Counted from the stretch's first letter, positions 1-10,040 are shown. The stretch is DNA of 64,000 nt from Gammaproteobacteria bacterium (GCA_965215365.1 CBDCDS010000003.1:992001-1056000); one strand, 5' to 3'. Made by a program: numbers and translations. The notes: generated by a model from the letters alone, not told the origin.

Positions 1-1
1 G

Positions 2-94
2 ATAGAAATGCTGCAACAGGAAATCGCAGAACAGCACGGGTACGAGTTACACGACCATAGTCTGGTACTCTATGTAAAGCCGAAGGCAGGCTAA
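2..94 (+). CDS. fur: Ferric uptake regulator, 3' end (partial)
   Basis: Manual translation IEMLQQEIAEQHGYELHDHSLVLYVKPKAG* matches the Fur C-terminal pattern (EI..x.G..L.DH.L.LY). Confidence 0.8.
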   Translation: MEMLQQEIAEQHGYELHDHSLVLYVKPKAG

Positions 95-155
95 CCCGCA
101 TATCTCACCAAGTCGCTTGTTGTCTTGTGAAACATGATTACTCTCAATAAGTTAT
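93..155. repeat. MITE family A, partial copy
   Basis: AACCCGCATATCTCACCAAGTCGCTTGTT...CAATAAGTTAT is near-identical to the start of the 35331 copy and to the reverse complement of the 3' half of 31062-31201. Confidence 0.85.
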
Positions 156-203
156 GGTAACCTCTAAAAATACCCTCCGTGGTATTTTTAGAGGTTACCA
201 TAA
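152..203. repeat. MITE family B, collapsed hairpin form (23-bp stem); possible bidirectional terminator between convergent fur and btuF
   Basis: TTATGGTAACCTCTAAAAATACC-ctccgt-GGTATTTTTAGAGGTTACCATAA; the left part matches the ends at 14465 and 46687. Confidence 0.8.
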
Positions 204-248
204 GGGCGCAGGAATGACGGGCGCGCATGAAGGAGGGTTGGGGGTGAC

Positions 249-1247
249 TCACAGACCTAGCGGCAGCTTTCCTCGTGCCTGTTCCAGGATTTCGCACAGC
301 TGTCGCGCGCCCAGCAGGATGCGGGGTGTGTGGCGTTGGATAATGTCAGGGTCTATGAAAAACAGGTTGGCGTGTTGAGTCGCGTTCAGGAACGACCATT
401 GTTGCCATTCATCCAGCCAGTCCGGCCGGGCTTCGTTCATGCCACTGGCGATGATCACATCGGGGTTTGCCGTAAGCACGGCTTCCTTGCTGACCTGCGG
501 TGTAGGGGTGTCCAGTGCGGCAAAGATATTTGTGCCGCCGCACAAGCGGATGACCTTGCCGATCAACTGCCGGTCGGTAACGGTAATCAACGGGTTGGGC
601 CAGACCTGGTAGAACACGCTGACTTGTTCCAGCCCCGAGTACTGGTTTCGTAACCGGGAGAGGCTGGCGCGGTACTGCCGTGCAACCCGCCGGGCGTGAG
701 CTTCCCGACCGCCAAGAATGCCGTACCTGACGATATCCCCGGCCACATCTTCAAGCCGGCTTGGCTCAGTGACGAACACGGTCACGCCCAGCTTCATCAA
801 GCGCGCGACCTGTTGGTATTGGTTGCCCTCCTTCCAGGCGATGACCAGATCCGGTTGCAGTGCCAGGATCGCTTCGATACTGATATTGTTATACCCGCCC
901 ACCAACGGCAGCCGCCGCGCCGCCGCCGGGTAGTCACTGTAGCTCACCGCCCCCGCCACCTGCTCACCCACCCCTGCGGCAAACAGGTTCTCGGTGACAT
1001 GCGGGGCCAGACTGACGATGCGTGCGGCCGGTCGTTCCAGTGTCACCGTCCTGCCGATATCATCAACCACCGAAATGGCAGCGGCGCCCGGGGCAATATT
1101 CGGGCTCAGAGCAAAAATCGCCAGTAACAAGGCGCCCCTGAAAATGTCACGGAGGTCATTTTCAGAGGCTGCTGAAACTGCAACACAGCCATTGACCAAT
1201 GGCCGTATTTTTTCTCTGATGGCGGCTATCTGCCCTATACTGTGCAT
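249..1247 (-). CDS. btuF: Cobalamin-binding periplasmic protein (start uncertain)
   Basis: [50 protein letters not shown] motifs; next to cobQ. Confidence 0.85.
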   Translation of the reverse strand: MHSIGQIAAIREKIRPLVNGCVAVSAASENDLRDIFRGALLLAIFALSPNIAPGAAAISVVDDIGRTVTLERPAARIVSLAPHVTENLFAAGVGEQVAGAVSYSDYPAAARRLPLVGGYNNISIEAILALQPDLVIAWKEGNQYQQVARLMKLGVTVFVTEPSRLEDVAGDIVRYGILGGREAHARRVARQYRASLSRLRNQYSGLEQVSVFYQVWPNPLITVTDRQLIGKVIRLCGGTNIFAALDTPTPQVSKEAVLTANPDVIIASGMNEARPDWLDEWQQWSFLNATQHANLFFIDPDIIQRHTPRILLGARQLCEILEQARGKLPLGL

Positions 1248-1269
1248 CTCAAACGTATTCCCTCTGGTA

Positions 1270-2727
1270 ATGCTTGCTGAAACCATAATGATACAGGGTA
1301 CAACCTCGGATGCCGGGAAAAGTATCCTGGTGGCCGGATTGTGCCGGGTGCTGGCCCGCGCCGGGCTGTCCGTTGTGCCCTTCAAGCCGCAGAATATGGC
1401 CTTGAATTCCGCAGTGACCGTTGAGGGTGGGGAAATTGGTCGCGCCCAGGCCTTGCAGGCCCAGGCTTGCGGGCTGGAACCTGCCAATGATATGAACCCG
1501 GTGTTACTCAAGCCGAATACGGATATCGGCGCCCAGGTCATTGTCCATGGTCGGGTCGATGCGACCCTGGACGCGGTGGCGTACCATGAAAGAAAACCGG
1601 CGTTGCTGCAGGCGGTGATGGAATCCTGGCAGCGCTTGCAGCAGGGTTATGAGTATATCGTGGTGGAAGGCGCCGGCAGTCCGGCGGAGATCAACTTGCG
1701 CGACCGGGACATCGCCAATATGGGTTTTGCCGAGCCTGCCGACTGCCCGGTGGTATTGATCGCCGACATTGACAAGGGCGGCGTGTTCGCGCACCTGGTC
1801 GGCACCCTGGCCCTGCTCAGCGAAACCGAACGGCGCCGGATTATCGGGTTTGTCATCAACAAGTTTCGCGGCGATATGGCATTGTTGCAGCCGGGACTGG
1901 ACTGGCTGGAACAGGAAACCGGCAAGCCGGTACTGGGCGTGTTGCCCTACCTGCACGGCTTGTACCTCGATGCGGAAGATGCCATCTCCACGGCTACGGA
2001 TGTGCCCCCGCAGGAACCCGCCCTGACGGTCATCGCGCCAGTGTTTCCCCGCCTCAGCAACCATACCGACTTCGACCCATTGCGCCTGCACCCACAGGTG
2101 GATTTCAGATTCATCGGCGCCGGCGCCGCGCCTCCGCCGGCCGACCTGATTATATTGCCGGGCACCAAAAACGTACGCGGCGACCTGCAATGGCTGCGTA
2201 CTAACCACTGGCTCCCGGCCATCTGTCGGCACCTGCGTTATGGCGGCAAACTCATCGGCATCTGCGGCGGCTATCAGATGCTGGGCGACGTTATCGCCGA
2301 CCCTAATGGTATCGAAGGCAAACCGGGCAGCAGCGCGGGGCTTGGCTTGCTGCGCATGGAGACGACACTGCACCCGCAGAAACAACTGCGACAGGTACGC
2401 GCCCGCCTGGCGCTGGATAATACCCCAGCCTGCGGCTACGAGATACACGCCGGGGTCACGCAAGGAGCAGCATTGGAAAACCCGGCACTGCTGCTGCCGG
2501 ACCGGCAGGACGGTGCCATCTCCGCAGACAATCAAATTCTGGGATGTTATCTGCACGGCCTGTTCGATGCCGGCACTGCCTGTGCGGCACTACTGCGCTG
2601 GGCCGGCCTGACACCCGCCCAGGCGTCGGATTATCACGACCTGAGAGAACGCCAGCTTGAACGACTGGCTGATGTGGTGGAAGAAAACATCGATCTGGCA
2701 GGAATCTTTCCGGGGATCGATTTATAG
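1270..2727 (+). CDS. cobQ: Cobyric acid synthase
   Basis: [51 protein letters not shown] motifs. Confidence 0.97.
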   Translation: MLAETIMIQGTTSDAGKSILVAGLCRVLARAGLSVVPFKPQNMALNSAVTVEGGEIGRAQALQAQACGLEPANDMNPVLLKPNTDIGAQVIVHGRVDATLDAVAYHERKPALLQAVMESWQRLQQGYEYIVVEGAGSPAEINLRDRDIANMGFAEPADCPVVLIADIDKGGVFAHLVGTLALLSETERRRIIGFVINKFRGDMALLQPGLDWLEQETGKPVLGVLPYLHGLYLDAEDAISTATDVPPQEPALTVIAPVFPRLSNHTDFDPLRLHPQVDFRFIGAGAAPPPADLIILPGTKNVRGDLQWLRTNHWLPAICRHLRYGGKLIGICGGYQMLGDVIADPNGIEGKPGSSAGLGLLRMETTLHPQKQLRQVRARLALDNTPACGYEIHAGVTQGAALENPALLLPDRQDGAISADNQILGCYLHGLFDAGTACAALLRWAGLTPAQASDYHDLRERQLERLADVVEENIDLAGIFPGIDL

Positions 2728-3327
2728 CAAATCCTAAAAATGCCATGGAGGGCATTTTCAGATGGTTCCCATAACAGCTATTTGTCGTCAATCTGTCGGT
2801 GGTTTATGGTATTCTTGTGGGGTTATTTTAACAAGCAAGCTGCAACAGGTTGCAGGGAGATGAAAGACGACTATGCCAACCGTATCATCTGCGGGGACAG
2901 CGAGCAAACACTGAAAGCCCTGCCGGATAATTGTGTCGATCTGGTGTTCACTTCACCACCGTATAACTTTGGACTGGGTTATCAGGAAGGCAACGGTTCT
3001 GCCGATGGTGACGCGACTGACTGGAACTCCTATTTTGCCAAGCTCTTTCAAGTATTTGATGAATGTATCCGAGTGCTGAAATATGGCGGACGCATCATTG
3101 TTAACGTACAACCTTTATTCTCCGATTACATTCCCAGCCATCACATTATCTCTCACTACTTCGTGGAAAAACGGCTGATCTGGAAGGGTGAGATTCTCTG
3201 GGAGAAAAACAACTACAACTGCAAGTACACAGCCTGGGGAAGCTGGAAAAGTCCGTCTTCTCCTTACCTCAAATGTAACTACTCGCCCCCTCCCTCTAAT
3301 TCTACTGAATTTTTTGTCAAGGCGTCC

Positions 3328-3356
3328 TTGACAACATAGCGTCATGGCGTTATGTT
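3328..3356 (+). promoter_or_regulatory. Sigma70-type promoter inside the IS left end, overlapped by two palindromes
   Basis: TTGACA-17 nt-TATGTT; palindromes TTGTCAAGG-cgt-CCTTGACAA and CAACATAGCG..CGTTATGTTG. Confidence 0.6.
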
Positions 3357-3363
3357 GGTCGTC

Positions 3364-4044
3364 ATGGGGAATGCGTACCGAGGGTCGAAAGCCACGACGG
3401 GTCTGTGCCAGCCGCTCATTGCGATGATGCCGCCGCACAGTGTGTACATTGAGACACACTTAGGCGGCGGGGCGATTATGCAGCGCAAGCCGGCGGCGTT
3501 GCGCAACATTGGGATTGATCTTGATGTGCGGGCGTTGGCGGGGTTTACGTGTAGGTATCCGGTGGAGTTGGTGCAGGGGTGTTGTCACCGCTGGTTGGCG
3601 ACTTTTCCGTTTGACGGCACGGAGTTGGTGTACAGCGACCCGCCCTACCTGCACAGCACGCGCAAGTCACGGCACCGTTACCGGTATGACTACGAGGACT
3701 CAGACCATGAGGCGCTGCTGGCGTTACTGCAGGGGCTGCCCTGTGCGGTGATGGTGTCGGGGTATCCTTCGGCCTTGTATGATGAGGTGCTGGCGGGCTG
3801 GCGCAGTGTGTCCTTGCAGGTGATGAATCAGGGCGGGGTGGTGACCGAGCGGGTCTGGTTCAATTTTGTGCCGGACCGGGTGCACTGGGTGCGCTATGCG
3901 GGGCGCAACTTCACGCACCGCCAGCAGGTCAAGCGCAAGGCTGAGAACTGGGGGCGGCGTTATCGTGACTTGCCCCCGGCCGAGCGGCTGGCGGTGCTGG
4001 CGGCGATGATGGCGGTGGAGGCACAGTGCACATGGCCACGGTGA
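3364..4044 (+). CDS. Compact Dam/D12-like DNA adenine methyltransferase (IS passenger)
   Basis: YRGSK (motif X), YIETHLGGGA (motif I), IGIDLD, LVYSDPPY (motif IV), VMVSGY. Confidence 0.85.
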   Translation: MGNAYRGSKATTGLCQPLIAMMPPHSVYIETHLGGGAIMQRKPAALRNIGIDLDVRALAGFTCRYPVELVQGCCHRWLATFPFDGTELVYSDPPYLHSTRKSRHRYRYDYEDSDHEALLALLQGLPCAVMVSGYPSALYDEVLAGWRSVSLQVMNQGGVVTERVWFNFVPDRVHWVRYAGRNFTHRQQVKRKAENWGRRYRDLPPAERLAVLAAMMAVEAQCTWPR

Positions 4045-5549
4045 ACAAGGCCTCATTGCGTGCGGAGTTCGAGGCCATCCGAATGCGTTTTAAGGCGTTG
4101 TGCGCCGACGGCGCGCTGAGTCCCGAAGGGCGTGCGCTGTTCGAGTCGATGTTGCTGCTATTCGAGTTGCTGCTGGCGGTGTTCTTAGAGAAGACCACAC
4201 CGAAGGGGGCGCACAACTCCAGCCTGCCCAGTTCCCGCACCGACCCCGATGACAGTGCGCGCACACGGCCCGGCAAGCAGGGCAAGGGGCCGCAGACCGG
4301 GACGGTGCCCAGCGCGTCCCGGCGCGTGGTGGCTCAGACCCGCACGGTGCCCGTGACCGGCTGCCGGGCCTGCGGGCATGATCTCAAAGGCACCGCCCCC
4401 ACCGGCCATGTGCGACGAGTCAAGGTCGATATAGTCTTCGAGACGACCGAGTTGACCATTGACGCCGAGATAAAAACCTGTCCGCGCTGTGGCACTGAGA
4501 CCCACGGGGCGTTTCCCGATGACATGCCGGGGCCTTTACAATACGGCCCTGGCATCGTGGCTTTCGCCACGCACCTGTTAACGGCCCAAATGCTCTCGCT
4601 CAAACGTACGGCGCAGACACTTCATGCACTGACCGGGCGCGCCGTCGCCGAGGCGACCTTACTGGCCTGGCTCACGCGGGTGCATGAGGCCCTGGCCGGG
4701 TGGGAGCGGGCGGCTATCGCCCGCCTGCTCACAGAGCCCGTGCTGCACGCCGATGAGACCTCCTTGCGCATCGACCGCACACAACACTGGCTGCACAGCA
4801 CCAGTGCCGGGAACCTGGTACTGAAACACTGCCACCGCAAGCGGGGCGGGGACGCCCTCAAGGACATCGGCATCGTCCCCCGCTACGGCGGTGTTCTCGT
4901 GCACGACCGCTGGGCCAGCTACTTCGCCTATGACAACTGCGAGCATGCCCTGTGCGGCAGTCACCTGTTGCGTAACTTGGCCTTTATCGAGGACGCCCAC
5001 GGCCATGCCTGGGCCCAACGTATGAGCCGCCTCCTGCTCAAGACCTGCCGACAGGTGCGCACACATAAAAACAAGGCACTCAGCGAGACCGACTACCAGT
5101 CCCTGCGCACCCGCTACCGGACTATCCTGACACAAGCCAAACGGGAACTCCCCACACCCCCGAAACGGCTCACCGGCCAACGCGGACGGATTGCCCAATG
5201 TGAGGCACAAAACCTCCATGATGCCCTCGTCAAGTACGAAACCGAAGTCCTCCGCTTCGCCCGCGACCCCAACGTGCCGTTCACCAACAACCGCGCCGAA
5301 CGCGATATCCGTATGGCTAAAGTCAAACAAAAAGTCTCCGGCTGCTTCCGAACCACCGCCTACGCCGACACCTACTGCCGCATCTCCAGCTACTTGCAGT
5401 CTATGACCCTGAAGGGCTACAATCCCCTCGCCGCCATCGAGATAGCACTCAAGGGAGACGCCGCCACCATGGTGGAAAAACCGCTCAAAAATAAAACGGT
5501 TAAGAAAAACCAGATCAGAACAAAAGATCAGGGTAAGGGGGGCGAGTAG
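4032..5549 (+). CDS. IS66-family DDE transposase
   Basis: NSSLPSS, CxxC..CxxC zinc finger, LHADETS, VHDRW, CGSHLLR, FTNNRAERDIR..KVKQKVSGCFR. Confidence 0.96.
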   Translation: MATVNKASLRAEFEAIRMRFKALCADGALSPEGRALFESMLLLFELLLAVFLEKTTPKGAHNSSLPSSRTDPDDSARTRPGKQGKGPQTGTVPSASRRVVAQTRTVPVTGCRACGHDLKGTAPTGHVRRVKVDIVFETTELTIDAEIKTCPRCGTETHGAFPDDMPGPLQYGPGIVAFATHLLTAQMLSLKRTAQTLHALTGRAVAEATLLAWLTRVHEALAGWERAAIARLLTEPVLHADETSLRIDRTQHWLHSTSAGNLVLKHCHRKRGGDALKDIGIVPRYGGVLVHDRWASYFAYDNCEHALCGSHLLRNLAFIEDAHGHAWAQRMSRLLLKTCRQVRTHKNKALSETDYQSLRTRYRTILTQAKRELPTPPKRLTGQRGRIAQCEAQNLHDALVKYETEVLRFARDPNVPFTNNRAERDIRMAKVKQKVSGCFRTTAYADTYCRISSYLQSMTLKGYNPLAAIEIALKGDAATMVEKPLKNKTVKKNQIRTKDQGKGGE

Positions 5550-6047
5550 TTACCCTCAAATATACTTGGGAGTTCCTGGAGGTCTTCTGCAAGGGCGATC
5601 TGAAAAAATCGGGCAATGCGCGTGATGCCGACATCAGCCCTGATTCTTTCAAAGAGTGGGTGGTTGCCAAATGGTCCATTGCCCCTGAGCGGCGTATGAA
5701 GGACTTTGATCATCCTGCCATGTTTCCGGAGGAGCTGGCAAGAAGGGTCATGCTGCTGTTCAGTTTCCGGGGCGACACCGTACTGGACCCTTTCGCCGGT
5801 GTAGGCACAACCTGTGTGGCGGCGCAGCACAACCACCGACAGTTTCTTGGCATTGATATTTCGCCCGAGTATTGCGATAAAGCTGAAACAAGATTGATTG
5901 ACCACCAATCATCTCTGGCGTTATACGGAAATCAGGGACTATATCAATTCCCGGCAAGACAAATATGATTACCGCGCGCAAGTTGATAAGCACGTTTTTA
6001 AGGATGGAAAACTGGTAATGGGTAAGGAAAATTGAAACGTTGTCTTG

Positions 6048-6728
6048 TTATTCCGTGATGTCATGGTCGGTTTGTCTGATGAAGGTTTGAACGTCTCTGG
6101 CCTTGCTCAGGCGCCTGATTAATTTGTTTATTTCTTGCATCAGTTCTTCAGGAAGACCGTATTCGATTTCATAGGTAAAATTGTTGATGCTTTTGGCGAG
6201 TTCTTTTGGCCGGTCGTCTTTTGTCATCTTATCTTTCAGGTAGAGCGGGATGGCTTTATTTAATTCCTCCGGGAGTTTTTTGTGTGCAAAGGCGATGTCC
6301 ATATAGTCTCGAATAACCTTTCTTTTTGTAATCGCCGCCAGTTTACTGGCAAGGATATCTATCGGGTGAGCAACCTCTATGCCGTTTTGCGCTGTTATTG
6401 GTGTTTTCACCGGTGCGATGACGTGAAATTCTTCTATGCTGATGAAATTGAATTTTATCTCTCGTTCTTTCCCTTTTACCACTGCATCGACCATCATTCT
6501 GCTTCCTTTGAAGTCTGCTGATTTGAGCCAGGGGATGCTTGATAAGGCCTCTCGTGTAACGGGTCCTGTTCTGAAAAAATCAAAGTCTGTGGATTTTCTG
6601 TGATTTAAGTACAAGGCAAGCGCGGTTCCGCCGTAAAGCCGATAGTCCGGCAAATCGTCGGGTTTCATGGTTTCCCATAAGGACAGCATGTCCTTATCCA
6701 TAAATTGTGTTTTGTCAGGCTTGAGCAT
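6048..6728 (-). CDS. AbiEii/AbiGii-family nucleotidyltransferase toxin
   Basis: LYGGTALALYLNHRKSTDFDFF, DILASKL, RDYMDI motifs; AT-richer DNA. Confidence 0.88.
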   Translation of the reverse strand: MLKPDKTQFMDKDMLSLWETMKPDDLPDYRLYGGTALALYLNHRKSTDFDFFRTGPVTREALSSIPWLKSADFKGSRMMVDAVVKGKEREIKFNFISIEEFHVIAPVKTPITAQNGIEVAHPIDILASKLAAITKRKVIRDYMDIAFAHKKLPEELNKAIPLYLKDKMTKDDRPKELAKSINNFTYEIEYGLPEELMQEINKLIRRLSKARDVQTFIRQTDHDITE

Positions 6729-6729
6729 T

Positions 6730-7167
6730 TTATTTGTACTCGCCTCTGAGTTCTTCCCAGGATTTCTCGTAGGCGTATAACTGGTCTTTCATGTGTAATG
6801 GCTCGAACCATTCCTTGTCTATGTTGACGTGGTCCAGGCCAGCCAGCATTCTGTACAAACGCCAGGAGCGTGTTGATACCTGGCCGGGCCGGCAGGTTTC
6901 TAACATTTCAATCCAGTCTTCTCGAGGGATGGCGTCCCATAAGTAATCCACATCCTCATGTCTGGCATAGTCAATGGCGTGTCGCAGGAACTCGTAGCGG
7001 TTGCGCAGGATGGTCCAGGGATCGCCGTTCCACCACATTGAACTTGCGATGGCGGTTAATTTCGGTGTTGCCGGGAGGGGGTTGTTGACTCGTGGGATGG
7101 GTGTGTTGTGCCAGTCCATCTGCTCCGGGCGAGGGTCATAGCCGAGTGCTTCGATTGAGTGTGGCAT
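6730..7167 (-). CDS. Hypothetical protein, putative antitoxin of the adjacent AbiEii toxin
   Basis: Stop lies 1 nt before the toxin start, same strand and similar composition. Confidence 0.6.
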   Translation of the reverse strand: MPHSIEALGYDPRPEQMDWHNTPIPRVNNPLPATPKLTAIASSMWWNGDPWTILRNRYEFLRHAIDYARHEDVDYLWDAIPREDWIEMLETCRPGQVSTRSWRLYRMLAGLDHVNIDKEWFEPLHMKDQLYAYEKSWEELRGEYK

Positions 7168-7282
7168 CGTGGGTGAGTGAGGGTTACAGGCTTGTCCCTG
7201 TTATAAGGTCAGTCCGATTATTCCCGGAATCGTAGCATATTTTTAATAGCATTGCCGCGTTTCATGCTATCATATCCGCCGT

Positions 7283-7470
7283 ACACAGGAAACGGGAAGC
7301 CTGGTGAACTCCTGCGAGTGATTCCAGCACTGCCCCCGCAACGGTGATCAGCCCTGATTCCGGACGTAAACCACTGTGCCTCAGGCATGGGAAGGTGTCC
7401 GGGATGTTGACTACCGGTACCTCGGCAACGAGTACCAGTCAGCGCTGTCAGTCCGGAGACCGCCCTGTGT
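7283..7470 (+). ncRNA. Cobalamin riboswitch
   Basis: AAACGGGAAGCCTGGTGAA..CACTGCCCCCGCAACGGT, CCACTG..GGGAAGG and B12-box-like AGTCCGGAGACC; ACACAGG/CCTGTGT closing stem; upstream of btuB. Confidence 0.92.
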
Positions 7471-7591
7471 GAGTATCAGGCCAGGCCTTGCCTGACTCTG
7501 GTTATGACATGTTGCGGAGGGCGGCATAGAGCATTTTCCTGCTCCATATCCCCTCTTTGCTGCTGTCTGGATTCATACTAATCCTGCGGGA

Positions 7592-9421
7592 GTGAAGAAA
7601 GTGAAAAGTGTATTTATCCGGGCGCTGCTGGTCAGCGCCAGTTGTTATTGGCCTGTGCTACAGGCTGTGTCTGAGGAAGAAATTATCGTTACGGCAACGC
7701 GTGCGCCGCTTGCGGCCGACCGATTGGCTGCGGCGGTGACCGTGCTTGACAGGGAAGATATCGAGGCGCTGCAAGTTAAATCCCTGCCCGAGCTGCTACG
7801 CGGTATCTCAGGAATTGACGTGACGGTGAGCGGTGGCTATGGCAAGGTCACCGGGATCCGTCTGCGCGGCAGCGAGAGTCAGCAGGTGCTGGTGTTGATC
7901 GATGGTGTCCGGGTCGGGTCGGCAACTAATGGTCTCGCCGCTTTTCGGCATTTACGGCCGGCCCTGATAGAGCGTATCGAGATTGTGCGCGGCCCCCGTT
8001 CCAGCCTGTGGGGCTCCGAGGCACTGGGCGGCGTCATCCATATATTCACCCGCAGAGGTTCGGGCCAGACACCGCGTTACAGTCTGGATGCCGGCAGCGG
8101 TTCTTACGATACTTTCGAGGTGACCGGCGGCGTCAGCGGTGAGTATCGGGATTTCGACTACAGCGCCGCGCTGTCCTGGTTTGAGAGTCGCGGGATTGAT
8201 GCGCGGCGGCCGGTGCCGGGCCGCTTTGGTGTTGATCAACCCGATCATGACGGCTATGACAATCTGTCAGCGCAGTTCCGGGGAGGCTACGAGTTCGGAG
8301 ATGGCGGCAGGGTGGAAGCCTTTATCAAACGGGCGCATGGGACGACCGAGTATGATGGCAACTTCCAGGATAAAAGCGATTTCCTGCAACAGGTCGTTGG
8401 AGGCGCGCTGTCATTTGACCCGGTACCGGACTGGAACACGTCACTACGTTTGAGTGAGTCCCGGGATGAAGCGGATAATTTCGCCCCCTCGGGTGACTTC
8501 TCCTCGCGTTTCGATACCCGGCGGCGGCAGTTGTCATGGCAGAACCAGGTCTCCCTGTGGGATGTGAATCTGCTGGTCTTCGGTGTCGATTACCGCCAGG
8601 ACCAGGTGGGCAGTTCCACTGACTATGATCTGACCAGCAGGGATAATACCGGCGTATTCGCGCAGTACGGCTTGACCTTGCGTGACCACCAGCTGATCGC
8701 CTCGGTACGCCGGGATGACGACGAGGTGGCCGGCGCGCAAACCACCGGCGGCATCGGTTGGAGTTATGCCCTGAACGCGGCACTGCGCGTTTATGCCGCT
8801 TACGGGACCGCCTACCGGACCCCCACCTTCAACGAATTGTTTTTTCCCTCATTCGGCAACCCGGCACTGAAGCCGGAGACTGCCGCATCTTGGGAAGCCG
8901 GGCTGGAAGGTCGGCACGAGTATGTCGGCTGGAGCGTCCGCGCCTATCGAATTGACGCACAAGACCTGATTGCCACTGTCTGTGACCGATCTTTCAACTG
9001 CGCGCCGGAAAACGTCAACGAGGCGCAGATCACCGGCATCGAAGGTGAGTTTTTCGTACACTGGAATGGCTGGGACGCAACCCTGGCCCTGGAATACCTG
9101 GACCCTGACAATGACACCAACGGCAAGCGCCTGCCGCGCCGGACCCGGGAGCGGTTATCCTTTGACCTGAGCCGGACATTCGACCGGTTTACCCTAGGCG
9201 CGCGCCTGTTTGCCGAAGGAAGCCGCTACGACAATGTCGCTAATACCCTCAGAGTTAGTGGCTTCGCGCAGGCAGATTTGTTGGCGGAATACCGCCTGGG
9301 CAAACAGCTGGCACTGCGCGCCAGGGTGGCGAACCTGTTTGACAAGGAATACCAGACCATTAACACGTATAACTCCTTCGAGCGCAACTTTTTCCTGTCG
9401 TTTCATTACCGGAGTCGATAA
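7592..9421 (+). CDS. btuB: TonB-dependent vitamin B12 receptor
   Basis: IIVTATR TonB box, LVLIDGV, IERIEIVRGPRSSLWGSEALGGVI, NPALKPE, NLFDKEY; under a B12 riboswitch. Confidence 0.93.
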   Translation: MKKVKSVFIRALLVSASCYWPVLQAVSEEEIIVTATRAPLAADRLAAAVTVLDREDIEALQVKSLPELLRGISGIDVTVSGGYGKVTGIRLRGSESQQVLVLIDGVRVGSATNGLAAFRHLRPALIERIEIVRGPRSSLWGSEALGGVIHIFTRRGSGQTPRYSLDAGSGSYDTFEVTGGVSGEYRDFDYSAALSWFESRGIDARRPVPGRFGVDQPDHDGYDNLSAQFRGGYEFGDGGRVEAFIKRAHGTTEYDGNFQDKSDFLQQVVGGALSFDPVPDWNTSLRLSESRDEADNFAPSGDFSSRFDTRRRQLSWQNQVSLWDVNLLVFGVDYRQDQVGSSTDYDLTSRDNTGVFAQYGLTLRDHQLIASVRRDDDEVAGAQTTGGIGWSYALNAALRVYAAYGTAYRTPTFNELFFPSFGNPALKPETAASWEAGLEGRHEYVGWSVRAYRIDAQDLIATVCDRSFNCAPENVNEAQITGIEGEFFVHWNGWDATLALEYLDPDNDTNGKRLPRRTRERLSFDLSRTFDRFTLGARLFAEGSRYDNVANTLRVSGFAQADLLAEYRLGKQLALRARVANLFDKEYQTINTYNSFERNFFLSFHYRSR

Positions 9422-9434
9422 ACCGGAGGGCAAC

Positions 9435-10040
9435 ATGTCCAACAATATGACCAGCGCGGATGAACACAAACAGAAGATGCAGGAACAGCAACAGCAGGTG
9501 CGCGCCAAAATCGCGCAGGCGAAAACGCGGCGCGGCATCATCATCTACCTGTACGGCCACGGCAAGGGCAAGAGCAGTTCCGCGTTCGGCACCCTGATCA
9601 GGAGTATCGGCCACGGTCAGCGCGGCGCGGTGGTGCAATTCATCAAGGGCAAATGGAAAACCGGCGAGCAGGCGATTTTCAGACAACTGGGGGTGGAACA
9701 CCTAGTGATGGCCACAGGTTTTACCTGGGATACCCAGGATCGGGAGCAGGATATCGCCGCCGCCGAAGCAGTCTGGAAGCAGGCGGCACCGCTGTTCCGG
9801 GACCCTGCTTACGATATCATTGTGTTAGATGAGATCACCTATATGTTCCAGTATGACTACCTGTCGGTAGCGGCTGTCAGTGAGGTCCTGCAGGCCCGGC
9901 CGGCACAACAGAACGTGATGATTACCGGCCGCGAGCCGATTCCGGAATTACTGGAGATTGCCGATACCATCAGCGAGGTCAAGGAAATTCGCCATGCTTT
10001 CAATCACGGCGTCAAGGCGCAAAAGGGGATAGAGTATTAG
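9435..10040 (+). CDS. cobO: Cob(I)yrinic acid a,c-diamide adenosyltransferase
   Basis: GHGKGKSSSAFG, VQFIKG, LDEI, ITGR, HAF..GVKAQKGIEY; GGAGG RBS. Confidence 0.95.
   Translation: MSNNMTSADEHKQKMQEQQQQVRAKIAQAKTRRGIIIYLYGHGKGKSSSAFGTLIRSIGHGQRGAVVQFIKGKWKTGEQAIFRQLGVEHLVMATGFTWDTQDREQDIAAAEAVWKQAAPLFRDPAYDIIVLDEITYMFQYDYLSVAAVSEVLQARPAQQNVMITGREPIPELLEIADTISEVKEIRHAFNHGVKAQKGIEY

Larger units (their letters stand above)
3275..5553 (+). mobile_element. IS66-family (single-transposase, ISBst12-like) element carrying a passenger methyltransferase
   Basis: Perfect 16-bp TIR GTAACTACTCGCCCCC (3275-3290 / 5538-5553); 8-bp target duplication CCTCAAAT at 3267-3274 and 5554-5561. Confidence 0.95.
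2860..5968 (+). pseudogene. Beta-class N4-C/N6-A DNA methyltransferase interrupted by an IS66-type element
   Basis: The 5' part has VFTSPPY; the 3' part has HPAMFP and VLDPFAGVGTT. Removing 3275-5553 plus one CCTCAAAT restores the in-frame SPYLK-YTWEFLEVF junction. Confidence 0.92.

Noticed and set aside
2740-3339. ORF 2740-3339 and ORF 5660-5968 as two separate methyltransferases
   Set aside because: They are the two halves of one gene split by the IS
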